Below are positions 30,908-38,913 of a DNA stretch of 64,000 bases, piece by piece. Where the stretch lies: positions 128,001 to 192,000 of the forward strand of contig JAGVGF010000002.1 of assembly GCA_020057295.1 (NCBI GenBank). The letters are read 5' to 3'. The translations under genes were made by a program, and so were the position numbers. The first letter of the stretch is position 1. Each line of letters opens with the position of its first letter. Origin of the DNA: an archaeon (GTDB taxonomy: Archaea > Nanobdellota > Nanobdellia > Woesearchaeales > UBA9642). A model generated the notes under the pieces. The model had not been told where the DNA came from. It saw only the letters and a program-made list of their open reading frames with translations, and did not search any database.

Positions 30908-31011
30908 TTTATGAATGAAACGAAAGGTTTAAATATAAGTTAGTACATAGATATATTAAGATACAAAAATGTATACTAAAATACATTAAATTTGTCGTCG
31001 GAAAATTAAAA
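30908..31011 (+). promoter_or_regulatory. type-2 promoter copy 2 with operator GATACA-aaaa-TGTATA
   Basis: Colinear duplicate of 29408-29511 offset by 1500 bp; operator at 30960-30975. Confidence 0.75.
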
Positions 31012-31180
31012 GATTTAAGCAAAATGTTTTTTGTTAACGTTTTCGCGTAAGAAAACGATAAAAAATACAATAAATAAGCTAACAATCACAAATTAACTGT
31101 CAAGAATTGCTTGGAAATCTCGAAGGTGGAGACAATGTTCAAAGTAGATGTCTCTATGCACTTTTGAGGGTTGTGGATTT

Positions 31181-31780
31181 ATGGAACAAGAGACGTTATT
31201 CACGTCATCGAAATGGGACATCCTAAAATGTTTGGAATCAGCTAAAAAGTCACCATTAGATTTAGCTAAAGAAACGAATACTTCTGTTGCAAATATTTCT
31301 CAACAATTAAGATTATTAGAACTAGCCGGATTTGTAAAAAGTGAGAGAATCTCTAATAGAGACAAAGGTTTACCAAGAATTCTATACTCACTAGCGGAAA
31401 ATTATTCTTACCTTGTTGTATCAACTCCAGGATTTGTTGATAAAAAATTCTTAAAATTACAAGATTATCAAAAATGCACATTAAGAATATGGTTCTTAGA
31501 TAATCCTTCAGTACAAAGATATGTTGAAAGATTCTTCTGGAGTATTGAAAAGCATCTAGAAAAAATCGATATTCTAGCAATGGACACTAAAGATTCTAAC
31601 ACTATAAATGTATATATTTCTACAGCTAATGCTGATATAAAAAAATCCATTAAAGATTTAACTATAGATGGTCAAAATGGTTCGAAAAAATTTGTTGTAA
31701 CATTTGTCAAAGATCAAGATTTGAAGAAATTATCAAACTTATATGTTATTCATGATTCAAAAAATGTGGTGAACAAATAA
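31181..31780 (+). CDS. ArsR-like winged-HTH regulator with extra C-terminal domain
   Basis: KWDILKCL...SPLDLAKETNTSVANISQQLRLLELAGFVKS...GLPRILYSL; ORF 31148..31780, ATG 31181 the more likely start; next gene begins 2 nt after the stop. Confidence 0.75.
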   Translation: MEQETLFTSSKWDILKCLESAKKSPLDLAKETNTSVANISQQLRLLELAGFVKSERISNRDKGLPRILYSLAENYSYLVVSTPGFVDKKFLKLQDYQKCTLRIWFLDNPSVQRYVERFFWSIEKHLEKIDILAMDTKDSNTINVYISTANADIKKSIKDLTIDGQNGSKKFVVTFVKDQDLKKLSNLYVIHDSKNVVNK

Positions 31781-31781
31781 A

Positions 31782-32498
31782 ATGAATTTACTAAAAATAT
31801 TCGGAATAGTGCTGGTAAGCGTACTATCACTAGTATCAATAGCTTATGCCGTGCCAACTGGTCCGTCTAATATCAATGTAATCTCTAGTTCAAGATATCC
31901 TGTAAGTTCAGCAAGCAATCTTTCAGCTATAGCTGGTAATGTTACTGAAGTGAATTTCATTTCAAATGCTGTAACTCAGACTTGGCAAGGTTATTTTGGT
32001 AATGCTTCAGGTACTGTATTATTAGGAAATTCAAACAATCAAACATTATATGATTGGAGTCAGGCTTCACCATCTGGAGAGATTTATGCTACTAGATCCG
32101 TGTCTACTCCAACATGGGCCAATATTAGGTGTGCAAATGTAACAAATGTCGATGATGAAGATACTGCCTTAGGTGTTAATCAATCTACAGATCAGGACTC
32201 TGTGAATAAGACATTCCTAAATACCACTACATTCCCACAATTTTATGTTGGTTCAATTAATATTAATACAACACAATCATGTTATGCTACCGCATTACGT
32301 AATACAACAGGCATATCACAAAGCTTTAAGGAAGTACTTTTGCATGATAATGCCATGATGATATACACTGCATTGTTGACACAGGACTCTTTAGGTTTTG
32401 ACGGTGCTACTCACGATTTCGAGATGTTAGTAGGAGAAAATGGTCATTTAGGTGACACAAATCCTACACCTTATTACTTTTATTTGGAGCTACAATAA
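31782..32498 (+). CDS. secreted putative fibre subunit, subfamily A (A3)
   Basis: ...AYA|VPTGP; family A motifs; TAATG coupling to B3. Confidence 0.8.
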   Translation: MNLLKIFGIVLVSVLSLVSIAYAVPTGPSNINVISSSRYPVSSASNLSAIAGNVTEVNFISNAVTQTWQGYFGNASGTVLLGNSNNQTLYDWSQASPSGEIYATRSVSTPTWANIRCANVTNVDDEDTALGVNQSTDQDSVNKTFLNTTTFPQFYVGSININTTQSCYATALRNTTGISQSFKEVLLHDNAMMIYTALLTQDSLGFDGATHDFEMLVGENGHLGDTNPTPYYFYLELQ

Positions 32499-33253
32499 TG
32501 ATATACATAAAAGAAAAATGGATGGAGAATTTTATTAAAATATTGTTTATTATACTAATAGTTGCGTCTATAGTTAGTATATTTGGACAAGTTATCGCAT
32601 TACCAAGTGGTCCAACATTAAATTATTTATCTAATACCAGTGCTCCAACAATATCTACAAATAGATCTCAAGATATTAAAGGTACAATTACAACTATTAC
32701 TTTAAATCTTGCTCAACAAGATTATAAGTGGAAGGCTTACGTTGGTAATGTTACTGGTAGTTTAAGTTTAGATAATGCTAACAGCAAATCTATCTACGAT
32801 TGGGCATTAACAAGTATAACTGGAGAAGTATATGTATCCAGGGCTTCAACAGTTAATTGGAATAATATATCTTGTGTAAATCAGACTGTGATAAATTCCG
32901 AGCAAACAGCATTAGGAATTGCATCAAACATCCCAGACAGTATCAATGCTACTTTTAATAATTCAAAACACAAAAATTTTGTCGTGGCTACAGCCAACAT
33001 TACTAATAGTACATGCAGAGCAATAGCTACTTATCTTAATGATACTGCACAAACAGTCAATGAGACAGCATTATTCCAGGAAATTTTATTGAAAGATGAT
33101 ATAACTAATAGCATGGTTTATACTTCCATAATTGAACCAACTAAACCATTAGGATATGATGGTCTAAATAATTATAATTTTCAGTTATTAGTTGCGGAAA
33201 ATGAATCTGCAACAATACCTACAACATATTACTTTTATGTAGAGTTAGGATAA
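32498..33253 (+). CDS. secreted putative fibre subunit, subfamily B (B3)
   Basis: ...VIA|LPSGP; QQDYKWKAYVGNVTG; YYFYVELG. Confidence 0.8.
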   Translation: MIYIKEKWMENFIKILFIILIVASIVSIFGQVIALPSGPTLNYLSNTSAPTISTNRSQDIKGTITTITLNLAQQDYKWKAYVGNVTGSLSLDNANSKSIYDWALTSITGEVYVSRASTVNWNNISCVNQTVINSEQTALGIASNIPDSINATFNNSKHKNFVVATANITNSTCRAIATYLNDTAQTVNETALFQEILLKDDITNSMVYTSIIEPTKPLGYDGLNNYNFQLLVAENESATIPTTYYFYVELG

Positions 33254-33254
33254 A

Positions 33255-34184
33255 ATGAAAAAATCGACTAATATACCAATAATCGTAGCATTGTTAATAG
33301 TAGTTGCTATATTATTTTTTGTAGTTCCTACTTCATTTGCTGCAAATATTGTTGGTACAAATTATAAAAATGTAACTGTACGTACTTCTGTAAATATTAC
33401 TAACTCTAATCCTGAAGTCTTAGCATTAGTGGCTTATGATACATCTAATGTTTCATTGAATAATATTACAGTAAATGCTGGCGCGTTGAAATCTATTAGT
33501 TGTAATGCTAGTGTTAGAGATTGGAATGGTTATAATGATATAACTTTAGTATCTGCAACTCTATATCACATTACCAATAATTCAATTGGTCCTAATAGCA
33601 ACAACACTCATTATACTAATTCATCTTGTACATTAAATGCAAGTACAGGAACATATACTGGATGGTATACTTGCACTTTTGATTTATTATACTATGCTAA
33701 CAATGGTACATGGACATGTAATGTTACTGCTAGAGATACTTATAGTAAAAATGGATCATTAACAAATACTACTTATTTGTATCCTGTTTATGCATTAAAT
33801 ATTACTGATGGCATAGATTACGGTCCTGTTGCTGTAGAAACATTTTCAAGTGATATTGGAGCAAACATTACTAACTTTGGTAATATGAATATTAATATCA
33901 CTGTAGAAGGTTATGGTGTTACTCGTGGTGATGGTTTGGCAATGAATTGTACTATTAATGGTAATATCACTGTCGGTAATGAGAAATTTGCTACAAGTGC
34001 AGGAGTAGCTTATGCTTCAAAAAATAATTTAACAAGTTCAGCAGCTCTTATTCCAGGATTGATGATGCCTAAGCAATCTAACGATACGCAAGTGATTAAT
34101 GCTACATACTGGCAATTATATATCCCTCCAAATCCTGCTGGTAACTGTACAGGATTTGTAATATTCAGTGCGGAAGCACCATAA
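33255..34184 (+). CDS. secreted putative fibre subunit, family C (C1)
   Basis: ...SFA|ANIVG.NYKN; CNASVRDWNG; YANNGTW.C; YALNITDGIDYG; YWQLY...C.GF.IFSAEAP; six conserved Cys. Confidence 0.8.
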   Translation: MKKSTNIPIIVALLIVVAILFFVVPTSFAANIVGTNYKNVTVRTSVNITNSNPEVLALVAYDTSNVSLNNITVNAGALKSISCNASVRDWNGYNDITLVSATLYHITNNSIGPNSNNTHYTNSSCTLNASTGTYTGWYTCTFDLLYYANNGTWTCNVTARDTYSKNGSLTNTTYLYPVYALNITDGIDYGPVAVETFSSDIGANITNFGNMNINITVEGYGVTRGDGLAMNCTINGNITVGNEKFATSAGVAYASKNNLTSSAALIPGLMMPKQSNDTQVINATYWQLYIPPNPAGNCTGFVIFSAEAP

Positions 34185-34326
34185 GTTGTAAAACTATATA
34201 CTTTTTTTTCTTATAATTCTATTTATTTTTAATCATATAATACTTTTTGTTTTTAGTGTTTATAGGTTCTATTTCTCATTTATTCTTATTTTTTTTAATT
34301 GTATCTATTAATAGAATTTAAGCATA

Positions 34327-34360
34327 AAGTAAGTAAAAAAGTAAGTAATTTTATAAGTAA
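34327..34360 (+). promoter_or_regulatory. direct repeats AAGTAAGTAA upstream of the AbrB-like gene
   Basis: AAGTAAGTAA at 34327 and 34339, partial copy at 34354; probable autoregulatory site. Confidence 0.4.
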
Positions 34361-34398
34361 ATAGTTAAATTTAAAAACACGTTAAACTAAGAAATAAG

Positions 34399-34584
34399 AT
34401 GGTCGTACAGTTTAAACGTAAACTTTATCCAAGAGGCGGGAGTTATGAAACAACTATTCCTATACAACTATTATTCTCTTTAGACTTATCAAAAAAACAC
34501 GACGCAATATTCGAATATGATCCTAAATCTAGTAGGTGGTACATCGTATTTAAAGAATCAAAAAAATTCAAAGATAAAAGATAA
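34399..34584 (+). CDS. AbrB/SpoVT/MazE-like small DNA-binding protein
   Basis: RKLYPRGGSYETTIP..LL..LDL swapped-hairpin signature. Confidence 0.65.
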   Translation: MVVQFKRKLYPRGGSYETTIPIQLLFSLDLSKKHDAIFEYDPKSSRWYIVFKESKKFKDKR

Positions 34585-34615
34585 TACTAAAAATTTAATT
34601 AATTAAAAAGATAAA

Positions 34616-35290
34616 ATGAAATATTATCAAAACAAAGTGTTATTAGTATCCGTAATTTTAATAGTTTTAGCGCTATTCATATATTTTGAACGAAACAATT
34701 ATATGAGTGGATTAACAGGCAGTGCAATAACCAATACACAAGTTACAATAATACCAGCTTTGCCAGCTAACTGTTCCTTACATTTAAATCCTGGATGGAA
34801 TTTAGTTTCATTTTATTGCTTAGGTTTATTTACTGATAGGAGTGCTGTTTTAAGTTCTATTGATGGACAGTATACAAAAATATTTTCGTATAATCCCTAT
34901 GATACTAGTGATCCATGGAAAAGTTATAATCCTAATCTTCCTGCAGGTATAGTACAGCAATTGAATAATATGGATAGAATGTCTGGATATTGGATATATA
35001 TCCCTACAGGTGCAGACTTAACTTATGAAGGAGTTAATAAAACTTCATCAACCATAACTATGAAGACCGGATGGAATCTTATAGGATATCCGAGTATTAC
35101 TACTAGAAATATAAATAACACTTTAAACAATATATCTTTTACAATTATACAACGTTATAATACTACTTCAGACACGTGGTTAGTATATATTAATGGTTCA
35201 TCAAATAATACATTAAACACCTTAGATACTTACGTAGGGTATTGGATTAATGTAACTAGTGATCAAAGTTTAATAATTTATAATCCATAA
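34616..35290 (+). CDS. membrane-tethered surface protein with two GWNL repeats
   Basis: N-terminal TM followed by LTGSA; LNPGWNLVS...GYWI and MKTGWNLIG...GYWI repeats. Confidence 0.7.
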   Translation: MKYYQNKVLLVSVILIVLALFIYFERNNYMSGLTGSAITNTQVTIIPALPANCSLHLNPGWNLVSFYCLGLFTDRSAVLSSIDGQYTKIFSYNPYDTSDPWKSYNPNLPAGIVQQLNNMDRMSGYWIYIPTGADLTYEGVNKTSSTITMKTGWNLIGYPSITTRNINNTLNNISFTIIQRYNTTSDTWLVYINGSSNNTLNTLDTYVGYWINVTSDQSLIIYNP

Positions 35291-35291
35291 A

Positions 35292-36926
35292 ATGTTTAAC
35301 AAAAATTTTGTCATCGGAATATTCTTTTTAATGTTTATGTTAGTTAGTACTGTATATGCTTATCCTTCTCTACCAACAGAGTTTTATGGTCAAATATATG
35401 ATCATAATCTAAATGCTAGTGGTGGCACAGTCACAACGTATATTAACAACACACTTTGTGGAAGTTTTACAATAATAAATTCCGGTTTTTACGGAGTATT
35501 ATCTTGTTTGGCCAAGGATACTGATAATTATAATAGTAGTGGAGGAGTAGATGGTGATAATGTAACTTTTGAGTATAAAGGAGCTCCAGTAACTATCATT
35601 GGTAATAATTCATTTGCATCTGGAGAATTTAAAAGTGTGATAATAAGATATCCTGAAGTGGTTTGTCAAGATACATTTTGTGACGCATTAGAAAATTGTT
35701 CATCATGTCCATTAGATTGTGGACAATGCGCTGGAGGCGGTTCTGGAAGTGGTGGTGGCGGTGGTTCAGGAGGAGCTGGTGGCGGTGGTGGCTCTGGAAG
35801 TTCTGGTGGTGGCGGTGGTAGTGCTGGTGGAGGCGGAGTTGTTAATGGAGGATGTACAGAAAATTGGGCTTGTAAAGATTGGAGCAACTGTTCCATTCTT
35901 GGCATACATAGTAGAAATTGTACTGATGTAGCAAGTTGTGGATCATACACTAATAAACCTAAAGAAGTTGAAGAGTGTTTGTATGAAGGTAATTGTTTTG
36001 ATAATTTAATAAATTGTCACGAAGGTGTATGTGAAGAAGGTGTTGATTGTAACGGTCCTTGTGAGAAGAAATGTGCAGAACAGCAACAACCATTAGGTAA
36101 CATTACTATAAATCTTCCAAAGATAGAATTTCCAAAAAAAGTTTGTGAGAAACATGTAGATTATAGGGATCCAGCATTATTAATATTTATCTTTATAATA
36201 TTGATTGCGATTATTATAAGATATGTTTATACTAATCATATAATTACTAAATGGCGTAAAGATGAAAAAATTACTCCTTTGCAGCGTGCTAGAAAAATTA
36301 AATCTGCTAAGAGAAAGAACTTATTATTTGTAATAACGCTATTTTTCTTAACTATAGTATCATTTCTATACAGTTATTTCTTTTTATTGTGTCCTACAGA
36401 TTTTATTAAGTATTCTTGGTTATTAATAATATTGTTAATACTTATACCTTTAGTGGTGAATACTGTTATGAAGAAGTTTGAATATAGTGCTGTAGAACAT
36501 TTAGATAAAACTAAACGTTTGGATGATATACATTATCAGAGTATATTAAACATGATTGAGTTAGAAAATAATATTTTAGCAGATGAAGAAAATGTTATTG
36601 CAAACAAATTATATGAATTATCAAAAAAGAAAGAGTTTAGAGAAATAATCGAGAGTAATCATACTTTAAAGGAAGTATATAAGAATCTAATAAAATTATA
36701 TACAGATTATAAAGATAAGAAAAACCCTTTTAATATAGAAAAAGACTTTTGTGATGAAATTAATACTTTAGACTTAGATGAACAATTTAAAAAAGATATT
36801 AGTACTCATCCAGAATTAAAACACTTATTTGATAGATTAAAGAAATTGTATGCGCAGTATGAAGAGAAACAAAAATTATACGATAAACTTGATCAAATAG
36901 AACAAGGAAATAAAAATGAAAAATAA
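35292..36926 (+). CDS. multi-pass membrane protein: signal peptide, Ig-like head, Gly linker, Cys-rich TSP1-like stalk, about 3 TM helices, cytoplasmic helical domain
   Basis: PTEFYG head; poly-G/S linker; CTENWACKDWSNC...RNCTD; CFD..NC..E.GVDC.GPC; hydrophobic segments. Confidence 0.75.
   Translation: MFNKNFVIGIFFLMFMLVSTVYAYPSLPTEFYGQIYDHNLNASGGTVTTYINNTLCGSFTIINSGFYGVLSCLAKDTDNYNSSGGVDGDNVTFEYKGAPVTIIGNNSFASGEFKSVIIRYPEVVCQDTFCDALENCSSCPLDCGQCAGGGSGSGGGGGSGGAGGGGGSGSSGGGGGSAGGGGVVNGGCTENWACKDWSNCSILGIHSRNCTDVASCGSYTNKPKEVEECLYEGNCFDNLINCHEGVCEEGVDCNGPCEKKCAEQQQPLGNITINLPKIEFPKKVCEKHVDYRDPALLIFIFIILIAIIIRYVYTNHIITKWRKDEKITPLQRARKIKSAKRKNLLFVITLFFLTIVSFLYSYFFLLCPTDFIKYSWLLIILLILIPLVVNTVMKKFEYSAVEHLDKTKRLDDIHYQSILNMIELENNILADEENVIANKLYELSKKKEFREIIESNHTLKEVYKNLIKLYTDYKDKKNPFNIEKDFCDEINTLDLDEQFKKDISTHPELKHLFDRLKKLYAQYEEKQKLYDKLDQIEQGNKNEK
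35733..35838 (+). repeat. GGN-rich low-complexity tract encoding a Gly/Ser linker
   Basis: Run of ggt/ggc/gga codons inside 35292..36926. Confidence 0.7.
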
Positions 36927-36946
36927 TTTAATATTATTATATCTAT

Positions 36947-38395
36947 TTATTTGATCATTTCTATCTTCATTAAATTAATGTTTCCAGCAACATTGAATGG
37001 TATTCCTGCCGTTATTATAACGAAATCTAACGATTCTACCAATCTCTTATTTTTTACTATTTCTAATGATTTTTCTATCAATTCATCCGTATTTTCCGGG
37101 TAAGATATCAGTATAGGTGTGACCCCCCAAACTAATACTAATTTTCTAAATTCTTTTTCATTAGGTGTTATAGCAATTATTGGTGTTAATGGTCTATGTC
37201 GAGATATCTGTTTTGCAGTATGTCCTGTTGATGTGCATGTTATTATTGCCGCAGCCTCTAAATCTCTTGCTGTGTGGCATACTGCCTTGCTTATGGTGTC
37301 AGTAATTGTAGGCTTATAATCTCTATCATCATCCCTTAGAACTTTTAATGATCTTAATGTATGTTCTGTTTTTCTAGCTATTTTATCCATAATATCTATT
37401 ACTCTTAATGGATGTTTTCCTGATGCTGTCTCTCCGGATAACATTATTGCATCACTGCCATCGAGTATTGCATTTGCAACATCTGTTGCTTCAGCTCTTG
37501 TTGGTCGAGGATTTTTTATCATTGATTCAAGCATTTGCGTTGCTGTAATCACCGGTTTGCCTTTTATGTTACATTTTTTGATTATGCTTTTCTGCACACT
37601 TGGAATATTTTCTATTGGTATTTGTACACCTAAATCTCCGCGTGCAACCATTATTCCATCACTTACATCTATTATTTGATCAATTAATTCTAATGCTTGG
37701 AATGATTCTATTTTAGCAATTACATGTATATGCTCTGCATCGTTATTTGCTAATATTTTTTTAACTTCTATAACATCTTCTGGAGTTTTCACAAATGATT
37801 GTGCTATGAAGTCTATTCCATTTTTTATTCCAAATTCTATATCACTAATATCTTGTTCTGATACTCCTGGTAAATCTACTATAGAACCCGGTATATTAAC
37901 ATTTTTTCTAGTTCCTACTTCTCCACCTATTGATACTATACATTGTGCTTCTGTGCCTTTTATTTCTTCGACCCTTAATTCTACTGTTCCATCAGCGATA
38001 TATATTAATGATCCTTTGCTCACTATTTTTGGTAAATTTTGATATGATACCTGTATGGTTTTTTCATCGCACCATTCAATTTCTCTGGTTGTGACTGTCA
38101 ATAATTCATTATCTTTTAGTATTACCGGCTCTTTGAATTTTCCTACTCTTATCTCCGGGCCTTTTGTGTCTAACATTATTCCTATAGGTATTTCTAGATT
38201 TTCATTTATTTCCTTAATCATATTTATTACTTTTAGATGATCTTCATGCGTACCGTGAGAAAAATTTAATCTTGCTATATTCATACCTTTTTCATACAAT
38301 TTTTCAATCATTTCTTTATTATTAGAGCTAGGTCCTATCGTGCATACAATTTTTGTTTTTCTGTTCTGAAAGTATTTATCCATATTTTCCCTCAT
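36947..38395 (-). CDS. pyk: pyruvate kinase
   Basis: KTKIVCTIGP, ARLNFSHG, DTKGPEIR, IAKIES, DGIMVARGDLG, ATQMLESM, PTRAE, MLSGETA. Confidence 0.97.
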   Translation of the reverse strand: MRENMDKYFQNRKTKIVCTIGPSSNNKEMIEKLYEKGMNIARLNFSHGTHEDHLKVINMIKEINENLEIPIGIMLDTKGPEIRVGKFKEPVILKDNELLTVTTREIEWCDEKTIQVSYQNLPKIVSKGSLIYIADGTVELRVEEIKGTEAQCIVSIGGEVGTRKNVNIPGSIVDLPGVSEQDISDIEFGIKNGIDFIAQSFVKTPEDVIEVKKILANNDAEHIHVIAKIESFQALELIDQIIDVSDGIMVARGDLGVQIPIENIPSVQKSIIKKCNIKGKPVITATQMLESMIKNPRPTRAEATDVANAILDGSDAIMLSGETASGKHPLRVIDIMDKIARKTEHTLRSLKVLRDDDRDYKPTITDTISKAVCHTARDLEAAAIITCTSTGHTAKQISRHRPLTPIIAITPNEKEFRKLVLVWGVTPILISYPENTDELIEKSLEIVKNKRLVESLDFVIITAGIPFNVAGNINLMKIEMIK

Positions 38396-38686
38396 CTTCT
38401 TTAATTCTTGTACTTTTGTTTCTCTGTTCTTATGTTTCTATTATCCTTATCTCTGTTTAAATATTTTCCTATTGTTTAGTGGTTTAATTTGCTAATCCGA
38501 AAAATATTTAAGCTTTTGAGCACGGAAAATGATAAATATCATAAAAATCAAATAACATATATACATCAGTAAACTAACTATTCTAACATATATGTTATAA
38601 AACAGTAAAGTATTTAAATCATTAGTATCATAAATGTCAATTAGTATAGGATTTCGGATAGTGGTTTATTTCAGTGAGGAATTTTA

Positions 38687-38845
38687 ATGAAGAGAGTTAA
38701 CATATTGTTAGAAGATGAAACACACACCAAAGCCAAGGTGATTGCTGTTCTAAAAGACATGACTCTCAACGAGTACTTCGAGAAAGCTATTCGCGAAGCG
38801 GTTGAAAAAGATCAGGCAATTCTCAACAAGATAAAAACGAAATAA
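38687..38845 (+). CDS. small ribbon-helix-helix (CopG/ParG-like) regulator, not in ORF track
   Basis: GTGAGG RBS; MKRVNILLEDETHTKAKVIAVLKDMTLNEYFEKAIREAVEKDQAILNKIKTK (52 aa), beta-helix-helix pattern. Confidence 0.75.
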   Translation: MKRVNILLEDETHTKAKVIAVLKDMTLNEYFEKAIREAVEKDQAILNKIKTK

Positions 38846-38913
38846 AAAATATCATAGTTTAAACTATAGAGGGTTGCAAAAAGTCAGTCAAAAGAACGGC
38901 ATACTTAGTTAAA

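Noticed and set aside
30736-30918. 60-aa ORF in the intergenic region
   Set aside because: Low-complexity F/L/I/Y composition from AT-rich DNA, no RBS, and it overlaps the duplicated promoter
26001-34184. Type IV pilins or archaellins
   Set aside because: No class III signal (K/R-G then hydrophobic N-terminus); signals are class I type and no assembly ATPase or TadC-like gene is in the window
35666-35950. Pro-rich antisense ORF and alternative-frame ORF 35719..35931
   Set aside because: Shadows of the Gly-codon linker in 35292..36926
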